The translations under genes were made by a program, and so were the position numbers. A model generated the notes under the pieces. That model made no database searches and was not told where the DNA came from. It saw only the letters and a list, made by a program, of their open reading frames with translations. A stretch of DNA of 64,000 nucleotides from a virus: positions 32,001 to 96,000 of the IMG/VR virus record IMGVR_UViG_3300031707_002715; one strand, 5' to 3'. Positions 1 through 8,596 of the stretch are shown here, in pieces (positions within the stretch are counted from its first letter, which is position 1; the number at the start of each line of letters is the position of its first letter).

Positions 1-1
1 T

Positions 2-670
2 TTTATTGGATTTGCAGTTGGAACAGAACCTCAAGACGCTGCAAATTATGCAAAGTCTCTTAGTTATGGTCGTCTTGTAGCTGTTTATCCTGATGGTGCA
101 ATAATTGGATTGACAGATGAACGAGGTGTAGAATCTGAATACATTCTCGATGGCAGCTATATGGCTGCTGCGCTTACAGGATTGAACATTAGTACAGCGT
201 ATGATGTTGCAGAACCAATGACTCGAAAGACGATTACTGGTTTTAAGAGACTTATTAGAGTCATGGACGAAGTTGAAATGGATGAGACTGCTTCTGCCGG
301 TGTAACAATAATTCAAGACGAATCTGGAGTAATGAAAGTTCGTCATGCATTGACGACTGATATTGGCAACGTATTTAATAAAGCGCCAAATATCATAACG
401 ATCATGGACGAAACACAGATTCAAGCTCGAGCAGCGCTCGACCAATATATTGGTAAGAAATTCTTACCTAATACGGCCGGTAACGTTGCTTCTACATTAG
501 CTGCCACACTTTCAGCATTAAAAGAAGCAGAGATTATTTCTGATTATGCGAATGTTACTGCTGAACCTTCAGATACTGATCCTAATTATTTGGTCGCTGA
601 AGCTTTCTATAAACCAGTATTTGAATTATCATATATCAGAATAACATTCAATATTAGAGCAAAACTCTAA
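2..670 (+). CDS. Contractile tail sheath protein, C-terminal part (5'-truncated by the window)
   Basis: Frame is open from position 2 (FIGFAVGTEPQDAANYAKSLSYGRLVAVYP...). C-terminus 'YKPVFELSYIRITFNI' is typical of sheath C-terminal domains, and the gene lies upstream of the tube gene. Confidence 0.85.
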   Translation, partial: FIGFAVGTEPQDAANYAKSLSYGRLVAVYPDGAIIGLTDERGVESEYILDGSYMAAALTGLNISTAYDVAEPMTRKTITGFKRLIRVMDEVEMDETASAGVTIIQDESGVMKVRHALTTDIGNVFNKAPNIITIMDETQIQARAALDQYIGKKFLPNTAGNVASTLAATLSALKEAEIISDYANVTAEPSDTDPNYLVAEAFYKPVFELSYIRITFNIRAKL

Positions 671-1006
671 ATGAAGGTCGCTTTCAATAATACTAGGTAC
701 AAGGATCATCCGGAAGATAAAGATACGGATGATTCTTGGTTGTTTACTGAATCAGGAGCTGAAAGGGTTCATCCGGGTCAACTCGGTCTTGATAAAGATA
801 ATTATCTTTACAATGATACGAACGCTGACAAGTATAATGCAGGTAAAGATATTCAACAAGTGCATGGTCAACCTAAAGGAGTGACACCCGATCTTGGTCC
901 AGTAAATCAATTTGAAAGTGACAAGAAAGTTTTTGATGATGATTCAGTAAAATCGTTTAATAATGAAGAACAATTGATTCAAGACATCATACACAAGCGG
1001 AGGTAA
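671..1006 (+). CDS. Hypothetical acidic protein between sheath and tube
   Basis: 111-aa ORF abutting the sheath stop and followed by the RBS of the next gene. Confidence 0.6.
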   Translation: MKVAFNNTRYKDHPEDKDTDDSWLFTESGAERVHPGQLGLDKDNYLYNDTNADKYNAGKDIQQVHGQPKGVTPDLGPVNQFESDKKVFDDDSVKSFNNEEQLIQDIIHKRR

Positions 1007-1009
1007 CTT

Positions 1010-1648
1010 ATGGCATCGAATAGTTACATTTATCAACAGGGTTCAACTCCTAATACTAGTTTGTTGAATAGCCAAAAAGTAAAAGTATATACTGCACATC
1101 CGGGCGGGGCTGATCCTACTGCTAATCAAATTGGAATCCTTCAATCTTGGGCACCGTCTCAGTCTAGACCGACAGAACCAGTAAGAGGCATTGGTCACGG
1201 TGACAGAGTCGCCGAACAATCTGTCGGTGTGACAGAATTAACGGGATCGCTTAGCATTGCAGTCATGTATTTAGTAAACATTATGCAAGTGCTCGGTTAC
1301 AATGCGGGTGCTTCTGGTGCAGTTCGCTCTTTGAAGCATCACAGGTGGCCGTTTGATATTAAAGAACAAATCATTATTCCTGATTTTATTCAAAGAGATT
1401 TAACATATCAGCAAGGTTCGAACAAGACTGCCGGTGTGTCGAATGGCAATATTATTCAGACATACTATGAAGGTTGCTGGATGCAGGATTATAACATCAC
1501 ATTTGAAATCGGAGCTTCAACGATAATGCAAGACTGCACCGTTAATATTACGGATGTATATGATCCAGCCGTTGGCCGCGGCTTTTATGGTGAATCACTA
1601 GTTGATAGAGACATTACAACTATCAGCAAGCTCATTCGTCTTACGTAA
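1010..1648 (+). CDS. Tail tube protein
   Basis: RBS GGAGG. Motifs 'IGILQSWAPSQSR..EPVRGIG', 'WPFDIKEQI' and 'TYYEGCWMQDYNITF'; position after sheath. Confidence 0.8.
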   Translation: MASNSYIYQQGSTPNTSLLNSQKVKVYTAHPGGADPTANQIGILQSWAPSQSRPTEPVRGIGHGDRVAEQSVGVTELTGSLSIAVMYLVNIMQVLGYNAGASGAVRSLKHHRWPFDIKEQIIIPDFIQRDLTYQQGSNKTAGVSNGNIIQTYYEGCWMQDYNITFEIGASTIMQDCTVNITDVYDPAVGRGFYGESLVDRDITTISKLIRLT

Positions 1649-1671
1649 TTTTTACATCTGTAATCCCGCCG

Positions 1672-1712
1672 AGGTGCTCATTGACCAGAAATGGGAGAGC
1701 ACCTTTTTCTTC
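1672..1712 (+). terminator. Rho-independent terminator after tube gene
   Basis: Stem AGGTGCTC (1672-1679) / GAGCACCT (1697-1704) followed by TTTTCTT. Confidence 0.7.
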
Positions 1713-1732
1713 TTCAATTCTTCGTTATATTC

Positions 1733-1768
1733 TTGTAAATTTTTTGTAATAAGTTTATACTATTACAA
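1733..1768 (+). promoter_or_regulatory. Sigma70-like promoter with overlapping inverted repeat
   Basis: TTGTAA (1733-1738), 17 nt, TATACT (1756-1761). Inverted repeat TTGTAATA / TATTACAA flanks the -10. Confidence 0.5.
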
Positions 1769-1827
1769 TAGGTGAATTATGTAATCAATTAATCAAGATT
1801 AATTTCTAGACTTAGAGGATTCATCTT

Positions 1828-3153
1828 ATGGATGATATGTTTACTGATATTAGATCTCTAATCTTTAATGGTTTTATTGCAGAAACAATAAAATTTGATG
1901 AATTTATCGTCACAATTCACACACTCGGAACAGCTGAAGAAAATAGTATTATTGAGACGTATGAACACTTGCCGAACGAATACAATTTAATGGCTGCTGT
2001 TGACACAGTGCAAAGAGCAGTATATTTTATTAATGGTTGTAAAATAACTGATGAAACTAAAAAGCTTATATACGATTGGCCACGACAAATTATTACAAAA
2101 ATTTTTGATATATACTTGACAATGGCTGACCGAGTACGTACAGCCACAAAGCTTATCAATGAATTTATAAAAACTGATGAATCAAAGTTACGATGGGCTG
2201 TAATAAAGTCGACTAAAACAAGTCTTAATAGTGTCGCTATTACTGGAAATATTGAATTAGAATCTAGGGGGTTGTCGTATATTCAACAAGTATGGATTTT
2301 TTTAAATCAACAAGAAGACTCAGTCGAACAAAATAAGCTCGATTGGAATAAAGTTGAATATATGACAGATACTATTTGCACATTTGTGAATCCAAAGGCG
2401 ATGCAACAAGTGCAGAGCAGGAAAAAATTGTTGCAAGATGAACAAGCAATTAAAGAAAAAAGAAATGAAATTCAACAGATTGAACAAGATTCAAAGGAGA
2501 AACTCATGATTGAAAATACGGCTGATGAATTATTTGATGCTTTAAGTAGGAAGCAAAGCGAAACTGTGCTGCAATATCACGACCGTGTTGAAAAATCGAT
2601 AGTTAAAGCATTTTCTGAAGATGAACACGATAAAATCATTCGCGAATATGAGGAAAACGAATTTAGAAAACAATTACGGATAAAGAAAGAAAATGCTAGA
2701 CGCGCGAAAATATTACATGAAAAGAAGATGGTTAATGCGATCGTTATAGACGTACCGGCGCTTAAAGGTATCGAAGTAGGATTTCATCAAGTATCGACGC
2801 TCGGTGATGATATTATAGAAGTCCAAGAAACAGGATTATGGATTGTTAACAATGTTGATTATGCTGATGTTGTGTCGATAACTTCGTTTAGTTTACTTAA
2901 GAATAGAGATAAAATTTTTAAAGAAGTAACAGGCGAAACAGATGAAGAAACAATGAAATATATTGAACAATATTTACAAGAAGAAGAACAAGAGAAATCA
3001 GACGTAGTTAAAAGAATTGAGGTATTACAAAAGACGTTAGATCCTAATGAGACAATGCTTGATAAAAGAGAAAGAATTATAGTTTCAAATAAAAATAAAT
3101 TTGAAAGTCAACAACAGGAAATGATTAATCAAATTCAAAAAGAACAACGATAG
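1828..3153 (+). CDS. Tail/baseplate assembly chaperone-like N-terminal domain plus long charged coiled coil
   Basis: N-terminal ~105 aa resemble the next two ORFs; lies between tube and tape measure. Confidence 0.5.
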   Translation: MDDMFTDIRSLIFNGFIAETIKFDEFIVTIHTLGTAEENSIIETYEHLPNEYNLMAAVDTVQRAVYFINGCKITDETKKLIYDWPRQIITKIFDIYLTMADRVRTATKLINEFIKTDESKLRWAVIKSTKTSLNSVAITGNIELESRGLSYIQQVWIFLNQQEDSVEQNKLDWNKVEYMTDTICTFVNPKAMQQVQSRKKLLQDEQAIKEKRNEIQQIEQDSKEKLMIENTADELFDALSRKQSETVLQYHDRVEKSIVKAFSEDEHDKIIREYEENEFRKQLRIKKENARRAKILHEKKMVNAIVIDVPALKGIEVGFHQVSTLGDDIIEVQETGLWIVNNVDYADVVSITSFSLLKNRDKIFKEVTGETDEETMKYIEQYLQEEEQEKSDVVKRIEVLQKTLDPNETMLDKRERIIVSNKNKFESQQQEMINQIQKEQR

Positions 3154-3169
3154 ATTAAAAGGAGATAAT

Positions 3170-3634
3170 ATGTCGATTAAAAAATTTGAAGACCCATTAC
3201 TGGTAATGAATGCAATAGCTGAGCTAAGACATAGATCAAAAGATGTAATCGTTGACGCTAATTTTAGTGTTACAATTAGATCATTGGGTGCTAAAGATGA
3301 AACTGATTCGTTTATTGCTTGTATGAATTTATGGGGTCAGGCATTTATTTATCAACATAAGCTCGAGACGTTATCCAGAGCTATTACTCATGTTAATAAG
3401 ATATCTTTAGACAAATTAAGTACTGATGAGAAAAGAAATATAATTTCGACATGGAGTCAGGATTTAGTTGATGAATTATATTTAGAATATGCAAAGCTAT
3501 TGGGATCGTTAGATGAGTTTTTTAAGAATATCGAGTTGACAGCTCAAACAAATGTTATTGGTGTAAAAGACGCAGAAGCAAAAAGGGCGATAATGAAAAA
3601 AGAATCAGATTCAAAGGAGATTAAGAATGGCTGA
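3170..3634 (+). CDS. Tail assembly chaperone-like protein
   Basis: RBS AGGAG; motif 'VTIRSL...KLETLSRAITHVN...LVDELYLEY'; position upstream of the tape measure. Confidence 0.55.
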   Translation: MSIKKFEDPLLVMNAIAELRHRSKDVIVDANFSVTIRSLGAKDETDSFIACMNLWGQAFIYQHKLETLSRAITHVNKISLDKLSTDEKRNIISTWSQDLVDELYLEYAKLLGSLDEFFKNIELTAQTNVIGVKDAEAKRAIMKKESDSKEIKNG

Positions 3635-4052
3635 TGAAAATGAAACAAAAGCATTAGATGCATTAAAATCGCTTGAATCGTATAAATATCAAGAGAGAGC
3701 AGTCACGGTCAGCGATGTCAAAATAGTTTTGGCACCGCTAATGTCAAAAGAAGTAATAGAAATATTTGAAAATAGTAATAAGTATAATGATACAGAAGCA
3801 AGTGTACAGTCATTGAAAGTCGAAACTGTCGCTAGAGCTATAATATCAGTTAATGATATTAAGTTAGATCCAAAGGGAATGTTAAAACAAAAATTAGATA
3901 TTGTATTGTCATTTGGTGATGAATTAGTGGATTATTTATTTAGTGAGTATTGTATTTTAGATAAAGTGATTAAGTTGGCTGTTGAACAAAAAGAATTTAA
4001 TGAAGTTGATGCGAGAGGTGCTGCTGAAATAAAGGATGAAAAGAAGGGTTAA
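3627..4052 (+). CDS. Tail assembly chaperone-like protein (paralogue)
   Basis: Own RBS AAGGAG; motif 'KVETVARAIISVN...LVDYLFSEY'. Confidence 0.55.
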   Translation: MADENETKALDALKSLESYKYQERAVTVSDVKIVLAPLMSKEVIEIFENSNKYNDTEASVQSLKVETVARAIISVNDIKLDPKGMLKQKLDIVLSFGDELVDYLFSEYCILDKVIKLAVEQKEFNEVDARGAAEIKDEKKG

Positions 4053-4055
4053 AAA

Positions 4056-7000
4056 ATGGCTCGTAAATCTAAAATTATATTAGATGTTGATTTTGGCGAA
4101 ATTGACGAGTCTAGAGTGAAAGAATTGAGTAAACATCTCGGTGAGAAATTCCGTAAAGAGCATATAGATTTTGGATGGACTGAAGTCGAGAAATCGATTA
4201 CCGGTGTTCAAAAGCAATTGACAAGTATTGATAAAGAAAGTGATCAGGCTAATCAAAAACTCAAAAGTGTTGGTGAAAAAATACACGATAACATGAGTAA
4301 GTTAGAAAAGGTTCAATCTAGAATTAATGATCAAAATGTTAAAAGCAGTGAGAAAGTAATTGATTTTGAGCGTAAGATTCAAGATATGAAGGTTAAAAGA
4401 GCAAAGATAGATGCGCAGTTAAGTAATTTATCAGATAAGACTGATGAAAAGTCAATGAATAAAGCAGCGTTATTGCAAGATGAAAAGGCAAGGGCAGCAC
4501 AAGATTATGAATTGCTCGTGAATCAATTAAAAGAAGAAGCTAATAAGAGTGAAGAAGAACAGAACAAATTGATAGCAGATAGATTAGATACTGAATCGAC
4601 GCTTGAAGATTTGTATAAGCAACACGCAGATATTAAAGATGAAGCTACAAAAAAGCAAGAAGAGTATAATGGTTTATTAGCTGAAGAAGTAGATTATACT
4701 GATAAATTGAAGACTATGCAAAAAGAACGTGCAGAGATGGTTAGTGCTATTGCGACTGAATTGAAAAAATCAAATAGTTATATGACGGATGATGAGGCGT
4801 TAACTCATGCTAAAAAATATATTTCTTATGATCAAAAGCAGACTGTATTTGAGAAAAAGCATATCGACATGTTTAAAAAGTCAAAGAAAAATCGAAAAGA
4901 AGAACTTAAAGATAAAATGGCAGAATTAAAGTTACATAAAGCAGTTTTGGCTAGTCAACACGTGGGATGGCTCGAGCGGGGTAAAATAATTAGAGCTGAG
5001 AAGATGCAATTAAAGCACGAGTTGGGATTTAAAAAGCCAGGTTTACGAGAAAAATTAGTTGAGAAAGTAAAGCCTGGTGCTGTTGTAGGAGAACAGGCGG
5101 GTCAATTAATGGCTGTCGTTGGTAAACTTGCGGCACCGTTGCTTGCTCTTGGTGGTCTCGCAGGTATAATTATGACGATATTGAAGTTTAATAAAGAAGT
5201 GGCTGAAGCGAGGAAACAATTATTTTTATTTGGTGCTACAGGTAGTGATGCATGGGCTAGAATTGAGAAGGGAAACTTGGCAGGCGCAAAGTCTACAGAT
5301 GGATATATTAGAGTATTAGAGTCAATGTGGGATAGAGTGGGTATGAAATATGATGAAGCATTACAAAATGTCGGTGCACTTACAAATGCAGGTATAAATT
5401 TAAACGATGTAATGAGACATAACGCTGAAACATTTGTTGAAGTCGAGCACATGGCAATGTTGTCGGGAAAGACGTTTGGTGATATGGCTGCCATTTCTGG
5501 TGAATGGGTTACAGACATGAATATTAGCACTTCTAGATTAATGGATACGTTTGTTACATTAAGGCATGGAGCTGCAAATGCTGATATGACAACAACTAGA
5601 TTTTTCTCTAGTATAATGAATGCAGCACAAGGATTAATGCTTTATGGTACTCATGTTGAAGATGTTTCGACTGCGATGTCAAATTTAGTTAAAGGGTCTA
5701 AATTAGGTCAAAAAGAAGCTACTGGGTTGGCGACTAGTTTGGTGACTTTATCAAGTACAATGACTGATGAACAAAAATTTTTAGTAATACAACAAACAGA
5801 TGTAATTAAAAAGCTTGAACAAGAACGAAATGAATTGCAAAATAATGAAAATCAAAGAAATAAAGAAATAGATAATCTTATTGCGAAAAGAAATAAATTA
5901 GAACAACAACATAAAATATTAAGTGTCAGTGATGAAAAAAGATTAGCATTATTGCAAGAAGAAAAAGATAGACTTGATAAATTAAGTGGTACTATATTTG
6001 AGTCGGGCGCTGGCGCTTTTGAGAAAAGTGTTAGGGCTTTTGAAGCGCTTAAACCGGCGGATCAAGTCGAAGCAGCCGTTAAAGCCATTGTTAAGATGAA
6101 AGATGCGACGATAAATATTAACGATCCTAAGCAACTCTCTGAAGTATTGAGAAAATTCGGTAGGACTGAACTTACTCGACTCGGTAAGGTTTTTGGAATG
6201 CCGGAAGATACGTGGAGATTGATTGAAGATAATGCTCTTCAAGGTAAAAAATTAAGTGATATAGGTAAGTCAATAACTGACGAAGAAGAGAAGAAAGCAA
6301 AAGAGAAAGCGTCAGAGCAAGCTGCCATTATCGCTCAAGGTACAAAACCAATACAAGACACTATTGAACAGACTATAGCAAGATGGCTTCGCAATATTTA
6401 TATGATTCTTGAGAAATTTTTTGATGTAGTGATGGATTGGTTAGGAAGAGATTATAAAAAGTCATTACAGCTTAGTGATGATATTATTGATGAATTGAAA
6501 AAACAACAAGATAGGCATGCAGAATTATTGACTGATATTAAAGAAACTGAGTTAAAAATACAAAAAGAAGCTAATGCTAAAAAGAAGCAAGAATTAGAAA
6601 AGCAAAAGGATTTATATGAATCGCAAGAAAAAACTGTTAATAAAAATATAAAGACGCTAATGGAGAGTAAAGGTGACATAAAAGCTTTACAAACAGTGCA
6701 ATCAATACCTATTATTGGTGGAAAGGTAGCTAACATTCTTTATGATGCTGAAAGCCGGATGAAAGAAGCTGGAAAAGCTACAAGAGATGTACAGGAACAG
6801 ACAGCTGCTGACATCATTAATGATCCAGGGGCGTCAAAAGAAGATAAAGATAAAGCTGCGGGATTTATTTTAGGAACAGAACCTACATTGGATGTTAAGA
6901 GGACTAATTACGCTACTGGAGGAACAGAACCTACATTGGATGTTAAGAGGACTAATTACGCTACTGGTGGAACAGAACCCGCATTGGATGTTAAGAAGAA

Positions 7001-7337
7001 GAAGACTAATTACGCTACTGGTGGTTATACTGGTTTAGGATCACAGAATGCTGTAGCTGGATTAGTTCATAATAAAGAGTTTGTATTTGATGCTATGTCG
7101 ACTAGAAAAGCCGGTCCTGAAAATCTAGCAATGCTTATGCGAGCAATCAAAACTACGCCAGCAATTACCAGACCGACGGATATTGCTAGATCGATTGGTG
7201 GCGGAACAACGGCTACTACGACTGCCGGTTCTAATGTTATAAACACTGTAACTATTCAAGTTAACCAACGCGATAGGCAAGAAATTGAACAGATAGTTTA
7301 CAAAGTACTATATGGTGAAAGACGAGTAGGTTACTAA
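4056..7337 (+). CDS. Tail tape measure protein
   Basis: 1093-aa helical/coiled-coil protein with a central hydrophobic segment (LAAPLLALGGLAGIIMTIL) and C-terminal 'YATGGYTG...AGLVHNKEFVF' motif; canonical position. Confidence 0.85.
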   Translation: MARKSKIILDVDFGEIDESRVKELSKHLGEKFRKEHIDFGWTEVEKSITGVQKQLTSIDKESDQANQKLKSVGEKIHDNMSKLEKVQSRINDQNVKSSEKVIDFERKIQDMKVKRAKIDAQLSNLSDKTDEKSMNKAALLQDEKARAAQDYELLVNQLKEEANKSEEEQNKLIADRLDTESTLEDLYKQHADIKDEATKKQEEYNGLLAEEVDYTDKLKTMQKERAEMVSAIATELKKSNSYMTDDEALTHAKKYISYDQKQTVFEKKHIDMFKKSKKNRKEELKDKMAELKLHKAVLASQHVGWLERGKIIRAEKMQLKHELGFKKPGLREKLVEKVKPGAVVGEQAGQLMAVVGKLAAPLLALGGLAGIIMTILKFNKEVAEARKQLFLFGATGSDAWARIEKGNLAGAKSTDGYIRVLESMWDRVGMKYDEALQNVGALTNAGINLNDVMRHNAETFVEVEHMAMLSGKTFGDMAAISGEWVTDMNISTSRLMDTFVTLRHGAANADMTTTRFFSSIMNAAQGLMLYGTHVEDVSTAMSNLVKGSKLGQKEATGLATSLVTLSSTMTDEQKFLVIQQTDVIKKLEQERNELQNNENQRNKEIDNLIAKRNKLEQQHKILSVSDEKRLALLQEEKDRLDKLSGTIFESGAGAFEKSVRAFEALKPADQVEAAVKAIVKMKDATININDPKQLSEVLRKFGRTELTRLGKVFGMPEDTWRLIEDNALQGKKLSDIGKSITDEEEKKAKEKASEQAAIIAQGTKPIQDTIEQTIARWLRNIYMILEKFFDVVMDWLGRDYKKSLQLSDDIIDELKKQQDRHAELLTDIKETELKIQKEANAKKKQELEKQKDLYESQEKTVNKNIKTLMESKGDIKALQTVQSIPIIGGKVANILYDAESRMKEAGKATRDVQEQTAADIINDPGASKEDKDKAAGFILGTEPTLDVKRTNYATGGTEPTLDVKRTNYATGGTEPALDVKKKKTNYATGGYTGLGSQNAVAGLVHNKEFVFDAMSTRKAGPENLAMLMRAIKTTPAITRPTDIARSIGGGTTATTTAGSNVINTVTIQVNQRDRQEIEQIVYKVLYGERRVGY
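6873..7022 (+). repeat. In-frame 48-bp tandem repeat x3 (GTEPTLDVKRTNYATG)
   Basis: Units 6873-6920 and 6921-6968 are near-identical; 6969-7022 has a 6-nt AAG expansion. Confidence 0.95.
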
Positions 7338-8044
7338 TGAGCGTAGATAGCACAATTACTGGTCTACAAAATACAATTATTGCGCTAAGTGAGACTGATA
7401 ACAAATTACGCCGTGTAACAGAAGAGTTTACGGGTCAACCTTTTCCGGTCCAGGTCAGTAATAATAAAGTCTTAAACAGAAAACCAATAATCTGGCAAAT
7501 AAGAGATTTACCAGACAAGTATAAGTTACCAGATTTAATAATGCAAATTAATCCACGAAATTTGAGTTCGATCTACAAACAATTAATTAATCGTAGAAGA
7601 ACTATTGGTGGATTTTGTGAGACGCATTGGGGCGAGGAACTTGATGAATTGTCATCTTCTGGTCGCACTCAAAATTTTTATGGGCAATTTGGATTGACTA
7701 ATGAAGATAGACGAGACACTCAAGGATTTATGGAATTTGAAAAGTTTGTTAACATTTATAAAAACAACGGCACATTATTTGATGAAAAAAGTAGCATGAT
7801 AGTCGCTCAAGGATCAGTGGTCATGAATTATGATAGTGCAGTATATAGAGGTTATTTCGATTCATTATCTATCAATGAAATAGGCGATAAACAATTTGAA
7901 CTCGAATATGATTTTTCATTTAAAGTGACTCAGGAATTATATCCTGGTCGAATTAAATCATTTAGAAATGTAACGACTGTTCTAAAGCCGGGTGCGCCAA
8001 GAAATGATCACATTACATTAGACATTACGAGCATTCAAGGATAA
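7337..8044 (+). CDS. Tail tube initiator / baseplate protein
   Basis: 'MQINPRNLS...HWGEELDELSSSG...YRGYFDSLSINE...FELEYDFSFKV' has a tube-like fold pattern; follows the tape measure. Confidence 0.65.
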   Translation: MSVDSTITGLQNTIIALSETDNKLRRVTEEFTGQPFPVQVSNNKVLNRKPIIWQIRDLPDKYKLPDLIMQINPRNLSSIYKQLINRRRTIGGFCETHWGEELDELSSSGRTQNFYGQFGLTNEDRRDTQGFMEFEKFVNIYKNNGTLFDEKSSMIVAQGSVVMNYDSAVYRGYFDSLSINEIGDKQFELEYDFSFKVTQELYPGRIKSFRNVTTVLKPGAPRNDHITLDITSIQG

Positions 8045-8047
8045 TTT

Positions 8048-8596
8048 ATGGTAAATATTATAGGTTGCAAAATACCCGTAAAACCAATGTTTTTTGAATT
8101 AGACATTGACGAGCCACCGCCTGTATTGATGCTCGCAATCAATCCTGACGAATTTCAAAAAACTTTCACAAAAAGAGTCACTCAAAGTCGTAAACGAGTG
8201 ACGACTAAAGATCAAGGTGCATATTTGCATAATTTTGCGTTTGATGAACTAGACGTACTAGCTTGTTCTGGAACATCAGCCATGTTTTATGGTTCAAACG
8301 GTTTAACTGTCGATGCCAGGAGAGACACGTTAGGATTTCGTAATTTGAGGAGCTTAATAGAAATCTATAGAAATAATGGTAGGAATTATTTTACGAGGCC
8401 GGATAGTTTTTCACAAGTTAATGGCGGTAGTAGTTTAATAAAATCAGTTGGTAGAGTTATTGTCGCGTATGATGATATTGTTTATAGAGGATCGTTCGAT
8501 TCTTTTAAGCTTGATGAGACTGAAGAGAAACCATTTAATTTTGCGTTTAATTTTCAGTTTACTGTTAGCAGAACAATAGACGTGAGAAATTCATGA
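8048..8596 (+). CDS. Tail tube initiator / baseplate protein (paralogue)
   Basis: 'LAINPDEF...DELDVLACSG...YRGSFDSFKLDE...FNFAFNFQFTV' aligns with the previous ORF. Confidence 0.65.
   Translation: MVNIIGCKIPVKPMFFELDIDEPPPVLMLAINPDEFQKTFTKRVTQSRKRVTTKDQGAYLHNFAFDELDVLACSGTSAMFYGSNGLTVDARRDTLGFRNLRSLIEIYRNNGRNYFTRPDSFSQVNGGSSLIKSVGRVIVAYDDIVYRGSFDSFKLDETEEKPFNFAFNFQFTVSRTIDVRNS

Noticed and set aside
3170-4052. Programmed G/GT frameshift
   Set aside because: The second ORF has its own RBS and ATG and is a full paralogue; no clear slippery site.
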